Notes: generated by a model from the sequence alone, not told the origin. 64,000 bases of DNA from Bacillota bacterium (GCA_023412005.1 JAEYOE010000012.1:324693-388692), one strand, 5' to 3'; numbered from the stretch's first letter, positions 39,153 through 50,332 are shown. Made by a program: numbers and translations.

Positions 39153-40673
39153 ATGCAAAACGACATCGTTTTATCCATGCGGAAAATATGCAAAGCATTC
39201 CCGGGTGTACGCGCTTTGCAGGATGTGGATTTCACTCTTCGTAAAGGCGAAATTCACGCCTTGATGGGTGAGAATGGAGCCGGCAAGTCAACCTTAGTTA
39301 AAGTCATAACAGGCGTATACCCGAAAGATTCAGGTCAAATCCACATAGCGGGTATTAACAAAGAAATAAATGTCAAATCACCTCAAGAAGCTCAAAATTT
39401 GGGCATCAGCACGGTTTACCAGGAAATAACACTTTGCCCTAACCTGACAGTGGCCGAAAATATGTTTATTGGCCGGGGCAGTTATCGTTTCGTCAATTGG
39501 CGTTCCATGATCAAGAAAACATCAGACATATTAAAAAAGCTTAACATTCCTGCCAGAGCCACGCAGCAGCTTGCCACTTGCTCATTGGCTGTGCAGCAAA
39601 TGGTGGCTATTGCGCGCTCCGTCGATATGGATTGCAAAGTGCTCATCCTCGACGAACCGACATCCTCGTTGGATGAACATGAAGTTGAAAAACTGTTCTC
39701 TCTTATGCGCGAACTCAAATCTCGCGGTGTCGGCATTATCTTCATAACACATTTTCTTGAACAGGTTTATGAGGTGTGCGACAGGATCACTGTTCTGCGG
39801 AACGGTGAGTTTGTAGGAGAATACGAAATAAAGGATCTGCCGCGCGTACAGCTTATATCAAAGATGATGGGCAAAGAGCTAGACGATATATCAGATCTGG
39901 AAAGTAAAAAGGAATTTCACGCCAGGCTGGATGAAACGCCCGTATTCGAGGCTTCCGGTTTATCCAGCGCAGTGGGAACGAAGGCGTTTGACTTTAAAAT
40001 TCACAAGGGAGAAGTTAACGGTTTTACCGGCCTTCTTGGCTCCGGTCGCAGTGAAAGCGTCCGCGCGATATTTGGTGCAGATAAAGTGACGGGCGGCAAG
40101 GTGAAGGTGAACGGCAAAAATGTTTCAATAGCTAAACCCAAGGACGCTATGAAAAATGGTATTGGGTATCTGCCTGAGGATAGAAAGAAGGACGGTATCG
40201 TAGAGGATCTGTCAGTGCGTGAGAATATTATACTCGCATTACAGGTGATGAAGGGGTTTTTCAAGCCGTTTTCAAAATCTGAAGCAGAAGCCTTTGCGGA
40301 TAAGTATATCAAGCTTTTAGGAATAAAAACGGCTTCAACGGATACACCCATCAAATCACTGTCGGGCGGCAATCAGCAAAAGGTTATTCTTGCGCGCTGG
40401 CTGCTTACAAATCCACAGTACCTTATCTTAGATGAACCGACACGCGGTATTGACGTGGGTACAAAAATCGAAATACAAAAGCTTGTACTTAAGCTTGCTG
40501 AAGAGGGCGTTAGCGTTACGTTTATTTCATCCGAGATTGAGGAGATGCTTCGCACTTGCTCACGGCTCATCGTTATGCGGGATCGCAACATCGTGGGAGA
40601 ACTCCGCGGCGATGACTTGACGCAAGCCAACATTATGCACACGATTGCGGGGGAGGCAGCTCAAAATGGCTAA
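39153..40673 (+). CDS. ytfR: Sugar ABC transporter ATP-binding protein (YtfR-like)
   Basis: Two ABC domains (GENGAGKST, LSGGNQQK). I prefer the ATG at 39153 (AAAGGA SD, downstream of the hairpin). Confidence 0.9.
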   Translation: MQNDIVLSMRKICKAFPGVRALQDVDFTLRKGEIHALMGENGAGKSTLVKVITGVYPKDSGQIHIAGINKEINVKSPQEAQNLGISTVYQEITLCPNLTVAENMFIGRGSYRFVNWRSMIKKTSDILKKLNIPARATQQLATCSLAVQQMVAIARSVDMDCKVLILDEPTSSLDEHEVEKLFSLMRELKSRGVGIIFITHFLEQVYEVCDRITVLRNGEFVGEYEIKDLPRVQLISKMMGKELDDISDLESKKEFHARLDETPVFEASGLSSAVGTKAFDFKIHKGEVNGFTGLLGSGRSESVRAIFGADKVTGGKVKVNGKNVSIAKPKDAMKNGIGYLPEDRKKDGIVEDLSVRENIILALQVMKGFFKPFSKSEAEAFADKYIKLLGIKTASTDTPIKSLSGGNQQKVILARWLLTNPQYLILDEPTRGIDVGTKIEIQKLVLKLAEEGVSVTFISSEIEEMLRTCSRLIVMRDRNIVGELRGDDLTQANIMHTIAGEAAQNG

Positions 40674-41724
40674 AGCATTTAAGAAGTTTTCGAAATCTCA
40701 ATTGGTTGTTCCATTGTTTGCGCTGTTATTACTGATTGTATTTAACTTGATAAGGGATCCCGGGTTCTTCTCAATAGCTCTTACTTCCAATAATGACGGC
40801 AACACGGTTCTTGCAGGGAATTTGATCAGCATTCTGAACGGTGCATCCGAGCTGGCTATTTTGGCAATCGGCATGACGCTGGTGACAGCATCGTCGAAAG
40901 GACAGGATATCAGCGTCGGCGCAGTGGCCGCAATCGCAGGCAGTGTTTTTGTCAGTGTGCTGCGTGCGAATGAAATAACAATGCCGATTATTCTTCTCGC
41001 CTTTTTGGCAAGCTGTGTGGCCGCCCTTCTTTGCGGCTTGTTCAACGGCACTTTGGTTGCCGTGTTTAAGATTCAGCCGATGATTGCAACTTTAATACTG
41101 TTCACCTCCGGACGATCCATCGCGTACTGGATAAACGGCGGCGCGACGCCGACTGTTGACAGCCCGTTGCTTGGGAATATCGGCAGTTTTATTCCGGGAA
41201 TCCCCATTCCTGCACCCATTATTATCGTTATTGTATTCGGGGTGTTGGTTTCGTTAATCTTAAGGTTTACCAATCTTGGTCTGTACACACAATCGGTGGG
41301 AATCAACGAAAAATCCTCCCGGTTAAACGGTATCAATGCGACATGGATAAAGATGTTATCATTTTTAATACTGGGTGTCTGTACAGCGATGGCGGGTTGT
41401 ATCACCGTCAGCAGAATCGGGCTTATCAACCATGAAACCATTCTTCAGGATATCGAGCTGGATGCCATTTTGGCAGTCGCCATCGGAGGAAACTCTCTAG
41501 GAGGCGGAAAATTCAGCATAGCCGGATCGGTAGTCGGGGCATACATCATTCAGGCGCTGACGGTTACACTATATGCCATGAAGGTTCCATCGACAGCAAT
41601 ATTTGTCTTCAAGGCAATGATTATAGTTATCATCGTTGTGATGAGTTCGCCAATTACCAAGAAACATGTCTTCCAGCTGCGTGATAAACTGTTTGGAAAA
41701 TCGACGAAAGTAACGGAGAACTAA
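40666..41724 (+). CDS. ytfT: ABC transporter permease (YtfT-like)
   Basis: Polytopic membrane protein. A GGGAGG SD precedes the ATG at 40666, which overlaps the ATPase gene end. Confidence 0.88.
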   Translation: MAKAFKKFSKSQLVVPLFALLLLIVFNLIRDPGFFSIALTSNNDGNTVLAGNLISILNGASELAILAIGMTLVTASSKGQDISVGAVAAIAGSVFVSVLRANEITMPIILLAFLASCVAALLCGLFNGTLVAVFKIQPMIATLILFTSGRSIAYWINGGATPTVDSPLLGNIGSFIPGIPIPAPIIIVIVFGVLVSLILRFTNLGLYTQSVGINEKSSRLNGINATWIKMLSFLILGVCTAMAGCITVSRIGLINHETILQDIELDAILAVAIGGNSLGGGKFSIAGSVVGAYIIQALTVTLYAMKVPSTAIFVFKAMIIVIIVVMSSPITKKHVFQLRDKLFGKSTKVTEN

Positions 41725-41728
41725 AAAT

Positions 41729-42844
41729 ATGACAAGTATAAAAGGTTTATTTGCCGGAAAGCCGGGGCAAAAAAGCAAGGAGCCAATTTCCAACACCAAT
41801 TTGCTCATGACCATAACGGTTTGCACCTTCATTGGCATGTATGTGCTTGGCATGATTGTCTGGGGCGGCGGTTTCTTGAATCCTCAGCAGTTCCTTGATA
41901 TTTTCAATAACAATGCGTTTCTCATCGTCATCTCCTGCGGTATGACCATCGTTATGGTTACAGGCGGTATCGATATATCGGTGGGTAAAATAACAGCGCT
42001 GGTGACGATGGCGTGTGTTGTATACCTGCAAGCGGCTGAAGGTGGCACCATTATCGGTTCGGTGGGCATCGCTTTGGGAATCGGAATACTGTTCGGGCTG
42101 TTTCAGGGGTTACTGGTCGCCTATTTAGATATACAGCCCTTTATTGTGACATTAGCGGGCATGTTCTTTGCAAAAGGCATGATAACCATCGTCAGCGCAG
42201 TTCCGGTTACCGCCGGCAACGAGGTTTTTAAGGCGCTGAAGGATTTTCGAATCGTTGTTCCGGGTATCGGCTATTACGGGAAAAACGGTAATTTTATTGC
42301 CGCAAAGATTGAGCCCGGTGTTATCATCGCCATCGCTGTCGTTATCGCCATATTCGTAATAATGAAATGGACGCGCTTTGGACGCAACCTCTATGCGGTA
42401 GGCGGAAACAGCCAGAGTGCGTTAATGCTCGGTATCAATGTTACACGCACTAAATTCTATGCCTATTTGCTTTGCGGGTTGTTAGCCGGAATCGGCGGCT
42501 ATGTTTATCTGCTGCATACCGGTGCAGGAAACTATTCCAATGCGACGGCCGCAGAAATGCAGGCGATTGCAGCGGCCATCATCGGCGGAACTCTGCTAAC
42601 CGGCGGTGTCGGCAATGTCATCGGTACGGTTTTCGGGGTGCTGACTTTAAAGACTATCAGCAACATTGTGCTGGCATCGGGGTTGAAGGAACCCTATTGG
42701 CAGAGCATTACCGTGGGGCTTATGCTGTTCTTCTTTATCGTACTGCAGAGTGTGGTGTTGTCTATTCGTGAAAAAGGCGGCTTTAAAAAAGCTGTCAGCA
42801 CGAAGGGCAGTCAAGCAGCAAAAGACAGCGGTTTATCATCTTAA
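41729..42844 (+). CDS. yjfF: ABC transporter permease (YjfF-like), second permease
   Basis: Polytopic paralogue of the preceding permease. A two-permease layout is typical of ytfQRT-yjfF. Confidence 0.88.
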   Translation: MTSIKGLFAGKPGQKSKEPISNTNLLMTITVCTFIGMYVLGMIVWGGGFLNPQQFLDIFNNNAFLIVISCGMTIVMVTGGIDISVGKITALVTMACVVYLQAAEGGTIIGSVGIALGIGILFGLFQGLLVAYLDIQPFIVTLAGMFFAKGMITIVSAVPVTAGNEVFKALKDFRIVVPGIGYYGKNGNFIAAKIEPGVIIAIAVVIAIFVIMKWTRFGRNLYAVGGNSQSALMLGINVTRTKFYAYLLCGLLAGIGGYVYLLHTGAGNYSNATAAEMQAIAAAIIGGTLLTGGVGNVIGTVFGVLTLKTISNIVLASGLKEPYWQSITVGLMLFFFIVLQSVVLSIREKGGFKKAVSTKGSQAAKDSGLSS

Positions 42845-43158
42845 CGAATGATGATTAAATCAGAAAACGATTCGTTTATGTATGAGCAGTATCGGCCATA
42901 TCGTTCCAGCTATCATATTCAGAATAAACGATGTTAATTAATACTTATAAAAGCTATCACCCGGCATTAGATTCCTCCAATGTCGGGTGACAGCAAGATG
43001 AGACATAAGGCTGGGCATCGCCCGGCCTTGTGTAGTTAAAACATAAATAAAAGAACACAAAAGAAAATAATCATAAAAAAACCGAACATAAACGTTGCTC
43101 CTTTGGGCATTGTTATTGTATTATAGAAAAGAGAAAGAGATAAAAAAGAGGAGGACAT

Positions 43159-44751
43159 ATGGATACAAAGGCAGATAAAATCGCGCTGGAAAACGGCGAA
43201 ACGTATCTTGGCATAGAGCTGGGTTCTACACGTATCAAAGCGGTGCTGATCGACAAAAATCATAATCAGATCGCTTCGGGCGGCCACACGTGGGAGAACC
43301 GCTTTGAAGACGGCAAATGGACCTACTCTCTTGACGATATCTGGAACGGTATACGCGACTGCTATGCACAGCTGACGGCAGATGTCAGCAGCAAATTCGG
43401 CGTAAAGCTGAGCACCGTCGGTGCCATCGGCGTATCGGCCATGATGCACGGATACATGGTGTTTGACTCAGGCGATCAGCTGCTGGTGCCTTTTCGCACA
43501 TGGCGCAACACCATCACCGGTGAAGCGGCTGAGAAGCTGACAAAGTTGTTTGGATTTAATGTGCCGCAGCGGTGGAGCATCGCGCATTTGTATCAAGCCA
43601 TATTAAACGGTGAACCGCATGTGAAGGACATCAGATTTTTAACAACGCTGGCGGGCTACATTCACTGGCAGCTGACGGGCAAAAAGGTGCTGGGTATCGG
43701 CGATGCGTCGGGCATGTTCCCTCTGAGCAACACCACGAGATTGTATGACGAGAATATGCTCAGCAAATTCGATGAATTAACGCAGCAGCTTCCGTGGAAG
43801 CTGAAAGACATTCTGCCCGGCATACTGCCCGCCGGAGAGAATGCGGGCGTTTTAAGCGAAGCGGGTGCCAAGATGCTGGATCCGACAGGCGCGCTCAAAG
43901 CCGGAATTGCAATGTGCCCGCCCGAGGGCGATGCAGGCACCGGCATGGTTGCAACGAACAGTGTGCGCCAGCGCACCGGCAACATCAGTGCGGGAACCAG
44001 CGTTTTCGCGATGATTGTTATGGAAAAGGCACTGAAATCTGTGCATCCGGAGGTGGACATGGTCACCACACCGTCCGGCGATCCGGTAGCGATGGTGCAC
44101 TGCAACAACTGCCTTGGCGATTTGGATGCTTGGGTGAAGCTGCTCGGCGAAGCGGGCAAGCTGCTGGGCGCGGAATTTGATACAAAGACACTTTACAATA
44201 AACTGCTGAACAATGCGCTGAACGGCGATGCGGATTGCGGCGGCTTGCTTTCATACAATTACATTTCGGGCGAGCATGTTACCGAGCTCGAACAAGGGCG
44301 TCCTTTATTTGTTCGCATGCCGGACGCATCGTTCTCGCTTGCGAATTTTATGCGCACGCATCTTTATTCGTCGCTTGCATCACTCAAAATAGGTATGAAG
44401 ATACTGCTGGAAGACGAAGGTGCTGCAATCGATTCAATCACGGGTCATGGCGGATTCTTCAAGGATGCCAACGTGGGCCTTCGGATAATGGCGGCTGCTA
44501 TGGGCGCACCGGTTACCGTGATGTCCACGGCGGGCGAAGGTGGCCCGTGGGGCATGGCGATACTCGCGGCGTACATGATGAATAAGCAAGGCAAGTCGCT
44601 TCCCGATTATTTAAGCAACTGTGTTTTTGCAAGCAGTGAACGCACAACAGTTGCGCCGCTTGCGGAAGACATTGAAGGCTACAAAGCGTTTGTAAAAAAA
44701 TACGAGGCGGGTCTTGATGTGGAACGCAAGGCCGCAGAGAAATTGCATTAA
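43159..44751 (+). CDS. FGGY-family kinase, probable L-ribulokinase of the clostridial AraK type
   Basis: [16 protein letters not shown] motif. The position directly upstream of araA-araD supports the call. SD AGAGGAGG. Confidence 0.75.
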   Translation: MDTKADKIALENGETYLGIELGSTRIKAVLIDKNHNQIASGGHTWENRFEDGKWTYSLDDIWNGIRDCYAQLTADVSSKFGVKLSTVGAIGVSAMMHGYMVFDSGDQLLVPFRTWRNTITGEAAEKLTKLFGFNVPQRWSIAHLYQAILNGEPHVKDIRFLTTLAGYIHWQLTGKKVLGIGDASGMFPLSNTTRLYDENMLSKFDELTQQLPWKLKDILPGILPAGENAGVLSEAGAKMLDPTGALKAGIAMCPPEGDAGTGMVATNSVRQRTGNISAGTSVFAMIVMEKALKSVHPEVDMVTTPSGDPVAMVHCNNCLGDLDAWVKLLGEAGKLLGAEFDTKTLYNKLLNNALNGDADCGGLLSYNYISGEHVTELEQGRPLFVRMPDASFSLANFMRTHLYSSLASLKIGMKILLEDEGAAIDSITGHGGFFKDANVGLRIMAAAMGAPVTVMSTAGEGGPWGMAILAAYMMNKQGKSLPDYLSNCVFASSERTTVAPLAEDIEGYKAFVKKYEAGLDVERKAAEKLH

Positions 44752-44790
44752 TTCAAACAATATATACGAAAAAAATAAAAGGAGATTGAT

Positions 44791-46251
44791 ATGGCTTATA
44801 AGTTTTGGTTTGTGGTCGGTTCACAGCATTTGTACGGCCCAGAGGTGTTAAAAGAGGTTGCCGCTCACGCGCAGACAATGGCGGACGGTTTCAATTCGGA
44901 TAAAAAGATCCCCTTTGACGTGATTTCCAAAGGCGTGGTGACCACGCCGGATGAGATTAAAGAGGTGTGTGTTGCGGCGAATGCCGATGCTGACTGTGCC
45001 GGTGTGATCACATGGATGCATACGTTTTCACCGAGCAAAATGTGGATCGGCGGTCTGACAATACTCAACAAACCGTATCTGCATTTGAATACGCAGTTCA
45101 ACAAGAATCTGCCGTACGACACGATTGACATGAACTTCATGAACACCAATCAGTCAGCCCATGGCGACAGAGAGCACGGCTTCATAACAGCCAGACTCAG
45201 AATGAAACGCAAGGTCATCTGCGGATATTGGGAAGACGATGCGTTCAGAACGCGTATCGGCGGCTGGATGAGAAGCGCTGTGGGCGCAATGACCAGCAAG
45301 AGCCTTAAAGTGATGCGCCTTGGCGACAACATGCGCTATGTGGCGGTGACAGAGGGTGATAAGGTGGAAGCGGAGAAGGTGCTCGGCTGGAGCGTCAACT
45401 CGTATGGCGTGGGCGTTCTTGTGGATCTCGTCAGCAAGGTGACAGATGCTGAAATTGAGGAAAAGGTTGCGGAGTACAAGAGTCAATACGACATCAAGAC
45501 AGATAACATGGATGCCGTGAAATATCAGGCCAGGCTGGAAGTTGCACTGGATAAGATGCTCAAATCCGGCGGCTTCAGTGCCTATACCGATAGCTTTGAA
45601 GATCTGTTTGGTCTTGATCAGCTGCCGGGTCTCGCCTCGCAGAATCTGATGAGCAAAGGCATTGGTTTCGGAGCCGAAGGGGACTGGAAGCAGGCAGCGC
45701 TGCAGGCAGTGATCGGTGCGATGTCTCAGGGGCTCACCAAAGGGTATTCGTTCATCGAAGACTATACCTATCACTTTGAAAACGGAAATGAAGCGGTGCT
45801 GGGCGCGCATATGCTTGAGATATCACCCGCTATCGCAAAGGATAGACCCGCGGTGGAAGTGCATCCGCTGGGCATCGGCGGCAAGGCTGACCCCGCACGG
45901 CTCGTGTTTGAAGGCAAAGAGGGCGAGGCGATCCTCGTGACGCTGGTGGATATGGGCGGACGGTTCCGCATGATCGTGCACGATGTCAAAGCGATATCGC
46001 CGATGGGCAGGATGCCGAATCTGCCGGTGGCCAGTGTGATGTGGCGGCCGATGCCGGACATGATTACGGGCAACGAGGCATGGATTCGCAGCGGCGGCAC
46101 ACACCACAGTGTGATTTCGTACGATCTGACGGCCGAGCATATGGCAGACTTCGCTGAAATCATGGGCATTGAGTTCGTGCACATCAGCAAGAGCACCACA
46201 ATCGACGATATCAAGATGAAGCTCGCGCTGGGCGATGTGATTTGGAGCTGA
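44791..46251 (+). CDS. araA: L-arabinose isomerase
   Basis: Colinear with E. coli AraA ([13 protein letters not shown], WMHTFSPxKMW, [15 protein letters not shown]). Confidence 0.96.
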   Translation: MAYKFWFVVGSQHLYGPEVLKEVAAHAQTMADGFNSDKKIPFDVISKGVVTTPDEIKEVCVAANADADCAGVITWMHTFSPSKMWIGGLTILNKPYLHLNTQFNKNLPYDTIDMNFMNTNQSAHGDREHGFITARLRMKRKVICGYWEDDAFRTRIGGWMRSAVGAMTSKSLKVMRLGDNMRYVAVTEGDKVEAEKVLGWSVNSYGVGVLVDLVSKVTDAEIEEKVAEYKSQYDIKTDNMDAVKYQARLEVALDKMLKSGGFSAYTDSFEDLFGLDQLPGLASQNLMSKGIGFGAEGDWKQAALQAVIGAMSQGLTKGYSFIEDYTYHFENGNEAVLGAHMLEISPAIAKDRPAVEVHPLGIGGKADPARLVFEGKEGEAILVTLVDMGGRFRMIVHDVKAISPMGRMPNLPVASVMWRPMPDMITGNEAWIRSGGTHHSVISYDLTAEHMADFAEIMGIEFVHISKSTTIDDIKMKLALGDVIWS

Positions 46252-46255
46252 AACA

Positions 46256-46948
46256 ATGCTGGAGAAATTAAAACAGGAAGTTCTCAAGGCCAATCTTGAT
46301 CTGGTGAAATACGGGCTTGTTCTGCTCACATGGGGCAACGTCAGCGCGTATGATGAAGAGACAGGGCTGGTGGTGATAAAGCCGAGCGGTGTGAGCTACG
46401 ACACGATGACTGCCGATGATATGGTCGTGGTCGATCTGGATGGCAACAGGGTGGAAGGTACGCTCAACCCCTCATCCGACACGCCGACACACGTGGAAAT
46501 ATACAAGGCGTTTAAGGGTGTAAAGGCCGTTGTGCATACGCATTCTAAATGGGCAACGAGCTGGGCGCAGGCAAACAAGGATATACCGGCGCTCGGCACA
46601 ACGCACGCGGATAATTTTTACGGCGCTATACCGTGCACCAGACGCATGACCGAGACGGAAATCACGGGTGCGTATGAGAAAGACACGGGCAGCGTGATTA
46701 TCGAAACGTTCAACGGGCGCGGAATCGACCCGCTGCAGGTCAGCGCGGTTGTTGTGGCAAACCACGGGCCGTTCAGCTGGGGAACGTCGTGCACAAAGGC
46801 TGTCGAGAATGCGGTGGTGATGGAATACGTTGCCGAAATGGCGTATATCGCAACGGACCTCAATGCCGGAGCCGACATTCAGCAGGTGCTGCTCGACAAG
46901 CATTTCTTGCGTAAGCATGGCAAGAACGCCTATTACGGGCAAAAGTAA
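46256..46948 (+). CDS. araD: L-ribulose-5-phosphate 4-epimerase
   Basis: LKxxVLxANLxLxKYGLVxxTWGNVS and HTHS motifs; 230 aa. Confidence 0.95.
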   Translation: MLEKLKQEVLKANLDLVKYGLVLLTWGNVSAYDEETGLVVIKPSGVSYDTMTADDMVVVDLDGNRVEGTLNPSSDTPTHVEIYKAFKGVKAVVHTHSKWATSWAQANKDIPALGTTHADNFYGAIPCTRRMTETEITGAYEKDTGSVIIETFNGRGIDPLQVSAVVVANHGPFSWGTSCTKAVENAVVMEYVAEMAYIATDLNAGADIQQVLLDKHFLRKHGKNAYYGQK

Positions 46949-46976
46949 AATTGGACAACATATTTTTATAAAGTAT

Positions 46977-47019
46977 AGCCCTGTTCATAGGCAAAATGCC
47001 TATGAACAGGGCTTTTTTA
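46977..47019 (+). terminator. Intrinsic terminator of the ara operon
   Basis: 16-bp stem AGCCCTGTTCATAGGC / GCCTATGAACAGGGCT followed by TTTTTTATT. Confidence 0.9.
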
Positions 47020-47132
47020 TTCATCGCATAACCAGGAGATTGAATTTTAAACCATGTTCAATGAATGTTAAGTGAGAAAAGTTAATCTGTTTGTGTTACA
47101 TGAATCTAAATTTGATTTTAGGAAATTTGTGC

Positions 47133-47573
47133 ATGAATCAGACTGACTTTTCACAACAGAAAATATTGGTCGTGGATGACAACACGCACTATTTGAGGCT
47201 GATCGAAAGGATATTACAGATCAACTGTTATCAGAACATTATGACATTAACAGATCCTCAAAATGTGGTGGATACATACAAAAGCTTAAAACCGGATTTA
47301 TTGCTGATCGATATACAGACGTCAAGCATTAACGGGCTGGATATTTTAAATGAGCTGCGCAAGGAAAAAAGAGACGAACGGCTGCCCGTCATCTTGTTTA
47401 CTGAACAAAAGAATGCGGATCAAATGGTGAAAGCATTGGAGCTCGGCATTCAAGATGTTATCGCAAGGCCTTTCAGCCAAAAAGACGTTTTGTTAAGCAT
47501 CAGCAGCTTCTTTGAAGCAAACAGGTGCGCTGCGCAAGCGAGTTATAAAGCATTTCACAATTTTCATGAATAA
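47133..47573 (+). CDS. Single-domain CheY-like receiver protein (atypical: Arg replaces the conserved Lys)
   Basis: VVDDN, LLLIDIQT and ILFTEQ are present. The usual K-P-F motif reads ARPF (AGG codon at 47466-47468). The start is uncertain (47091, 47100 or 47133). Confidence 0.75.
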   Translation: MNQTDFSQQKILVVDDNTHYLRLIERILQINCYQNIMTLTDPQNVVDTYKSLKPDLLLIDIQTSSINGLDILNELRKEKRDERLPVILFTEQKNADQMVKALELGIQDVIARPFSQKDVLLSISSFFEANRCAAQASYKAFHNFHE

Positions 47574-47842
47574 GCAAAATACAATTAAAAAACTTTGAGG
47601 TTATCAAGTATAGAAAAGGGAGGGGTGTGGTGACCACGCTGAAAAACATGATTTAAAATCATAGCGCGGACGGCTTATCCTCTCGTTTCAAATCCTAAAA
47701 AAAACTGTATATATAATAGACATGAAACTCGCCTGACCAGCTCTAAGCGAATGGAACAAGGCAGGTTTTTTGATGTTTGTAGATTTTTATAAACCTGCAG
47801 CATATTTGGTGAAACACCAAGGTTAATGAAAAGGTATTATTA

Positions 47843-49129
47843 ATGAAAATAATAAAAAAGATAAGACAAAGCTTGGAGATTAAAAGCTTGCTGACGCTGA
47901 TGATGCTCGGTATGGCTCCGCTGATCTGTTTCGGTGTTATCAGCATCATCAACTTAGCATCACTGGCTCGGAAAAACGGATTGGATATACAGCGCAACAT
48001 CAACATCAGCATCATCATATTGGTAGCACTGATTGCCATAGTGTCTATAATTATCGCCATTTATCTCGTTAATGTCAGAAGACGAATTGTCTATCCAATT
48101 AAAACGATGATAGCAGCATTCAGAAATCTGCAGGATGGCAACATCACCAACAGTGAAAAATTGACAATCAAATCTGAGGACGAAATTGGCGAGCTTGGGA
48201 TGCTGTTTAATGCATTTATTGATGCGCGAGAGGATATCACTCTGCAGCAGAAGCTCGAAAGAAAGCTGAATGAGCAGAACAGAGAGCTTCAGGAAGCCAT
48301 GGTCATGCTGAAAAGCACGCAGCTTCAGATGGTTCAGCAGGAGCGGCTCGCGGCTATCGGTCAACTGGCGGCCGGCGTGGCGCATGAAATTAACAACCCG
48401 CTCGGGTATGTGAGCGGCAACGCGGATATGCTGAAAATATATGTTCAGCGTTATGAAAGCATATTGACAGATATGCGCCGATTGATGAAGGAACAGCAGA
48501 ATCAAAGTTCTTGCTGCGTTTATCTGGACGATGTTTGGGAGCAAAGCAAAATAGACATGGTGATTGCGGATATGCCTGACCTGATGAACGACATTACCGA
48601 AGGGCTCAAGCGCATAGCCGCTATTGTCAACGGGCTGAGAGGGTTCTCCAGAAACAATCTCATAGAGGGCAAAGGCACCTATGATTTGAACGAAGGGATT
48701 AGAACGACATTGTTGGTTGCCAACAACGAAATAAAGTACAATTGCGATGTGGGCCTTGAGCTGCTTGATATTCCGCCCGTTTATGCGAACGGCGGGCAGA
48801 TCAATCAGGTGCTGCTCAATATCATCATCAATGCATCTCACGCGATTCGTGCGAAGTTCGCAACTGAAAAAGGGCTGATTACGATAAAGACATACACGCA
48901 AGACGACAAGGCCTTCTGCAGCATCAGCGATAACGGATGCGGCATGTCAGAAGAGGTGAGAAGCCGAATATTTGAGCCGTTTTTCACCACCAAGCCGGTG
49001 GGGCAGGGCACAGGGCTGGGGCTCGGTATTGTGTACGATATCATTTGTAAGCAGCATGATGGCAGTATAGATGTGACATCAACCCTTGGCGAAGGCACAT
49101 GCTTTGTGTTTTCGCTTGCGGTTAAATAG
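47843..49129 (+). CDS. Sensor histidine kinase (2 TM, HAMP, HisKA, HATPase_c)
   Basis: H-box AAGVAHEINNPLGYV. N, G1 and G2 boxes present (NIIINASHAI, DNGCGM, GTGLGLGI). The extracytoplasmic loop is very short. Confidence 0.9.
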   Translation: MKIIKKIRQSLEIKSLLTLMMLGMAPLICFGVISIINLASLARKNGLDIQRNINISIIILVALIAIVSIIIAIYLVNVRRRIVYPIKTMIAAFRNLQDGNITNSEKLTIKSEDEIGELGMLFNAFIDAREDITLQQKLERKLNEQNRELQEAMVMLKSTQLQMVQQERLAAIGQLAAGVAHEINNPLGYVSGNADMLKIYVQRYESILTDMRRLMKEQQNQSSCCVYLDDVWEQSKIDMVIADMPDLMNDITEGLKRIAAIVNGLRGFSRNNLIEGKGTYDLNEGIRTTLLVANNEIKYNCDVGLELLDIPPVYANGGQINQVLLNIIINASHAIRAKFATEKGLITIKTYTQDDKAFCSISDNGCGMSEEVRSRIFEPFFTTKPVGQGTGLGLGIVYDIICKQHDGSIDVTSTLGEGTCFVFSLAVK

Positions 49130-49142
49130 GCGGTCAAAAACG

Positions 49143-50312
49143 ATGAAGAAGATTCTTGTGGTTGATGATGAAATAGCGATACTCAATGCGTTGCGCCGTG
49201 TACTGCAGAATTTAAACTATGATGTGATGATTGCAGATAACGGTCTCAAAGCATTGGAACTGATGGCTGAGCAACCGGTTGATTTGATAATCAGCGATAT
49301 GAGAATGCCCGGTATGGGCGGCTATGAGCTGCTTTCCCATGTAAAGGATCTGTATCCGAACACAGTCAGGATAATTTTGAGCGGCTATGCGGACGAGAAA
49401 ATTGTGATGAAAGCACTGCTGACAAACATCGCGAGAACTTATCTTTTTAAACCGTGGGATAATACTAAGCTGGCCGAATTAATCGGCTATCTGTTTGATA
49501 CGGAGAAACTGCTTCAAAGCAATTTGCTGTCGATGATCAACAACGCGGAGGATCTCCCCACGATACAATCAAGCTTCAGTCAAATCACATCGTTGATTGA
49601 TCAGGACGCCGAAATTGCGGTGGTGGCCAAGGCGATTATGGAAGACCAGACGGTTGCGGGAAAGATACTTCACATCGCGAATTCGGCCTTTTACGGATTG
49701 AAAACGGGATCGGTTTTGGAGGCCATTAAGTATCTCGGGCTCAAGGCCATTCGTGATATCGTGCTGTCAACGCCGATTATGGATTTGTTTAAAGCGTCGG
49801 GGCCGCATGCCATTATTATGGATAAACAGTGGAACCATGCGTTTTATACCAACAAGGTGCTTGTTTTTTTGTATGAGAAATTTTTTCGCAAAAACCTACC
49901 GGAAAGCGAGGGTAATGCAGGGCTTCTGCATAATATCGGCTGTGCGTTTCTGATTAAGCACCGGTATAGAGATTATATGTCAGTCAGAAAACGGGCATCA
50001 TTGGAGTCAATCATAGAAAGTGACCTCGAGCGAGATTCTTTGGGATTCACGCACTGTGAAGCGGGCGGGTATCTGTTAAGCTGGTGGGATCTGCCTTACC
50101 CGATTGTGGAATGTGCGCTTTATCATCACGCTCCCTTCGACAAGCGCATTATCAACAAAGAGCTGGTGATGGCGGTGCATCTGTCTCAAAAGCATGCCAC
50201 CGATCTGATGGGCGAGAAGAATCTTGAGCACTTTTATACCGAGGTTTATGATGCACTGTCAGTAGACCAAGAAAAATTTGAAAGGGCAATTGCCGGTATA
50301 AGCGAACCATAA
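49143..50312 (+). CDS. Response regulator with an HDOD output domain (REC-HDOD)
   Basis: REC motifs (VVDDE, LIISDMRMPGMGG, LFKPW), followed by an HDOD-like region (LPTIQSSFSQITSLI...AGKILHIANSAFYGL). Confidence 0.85.
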   Translation: MKKILVVDDEIAILNALRRVLQNLNYDVMIADNGLKALELMAEQPVDLIISDMRMPGMGGYELLSHVKDLYPNTVRIILSGYADEKIVMKALLTNIARTYLFKPWDNTKLAELIGYLFDTEKLLQSNLLSMINNAEDLPTIQSSFSQITSLIDQDAEIAVVAKAIMEDQTVAGKILHIANSAFYGLKTGSVLEAIKYLGLKAIRDIVLSTPIMDLFKASGPHAIIMDKQWNHAFYTNKVLVFLYEKFFRKNLPESEGNAGLLHNIGCAFLIKHRYRDYMSVRKRASLESIIESDLERDSLGFTHCEAGGYLLSWWDLPYPIVECALYHHAPFDKRIINKELVMAVHLSQKHATDLMGEKNLEHFYTEVYDALSVDQEKFERAIAGISEP

Positions 50313-50332
50313 AAATATCAAGGTATCAATGC

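Noticed and set aside
47615-47656. A very strong SD-like AAAGGGAGGGG followed by an 8-codon GTG frame (MTTLKNMI), about 190 nt upstream of the kinase gene. It could be a leader peptide.
   Set aside because: It is too short to evaluate. There is no obvious attenuator structure and no conservation data. It may be a chance purine run.
47681-47705. A 25-nt stretch, CGGCTTATCCTCTCGTTTCAAATCC, matches 63511-63535 (CGGTTTATCCTTTCGTTTCAAATCA) at 22 of 25 positions. 63511-63535 is the minus-strand SD/leader of DUF1540.
   Set aside because: My rough estimate is that a 22/25 match in 64 kb, counting both strands, is expected about 0.1-1 times by chance. The 47.7-kb copy has no start codon at the right spacing and no downstream ORF. 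It could be a decayed leader, but I cannot support that.
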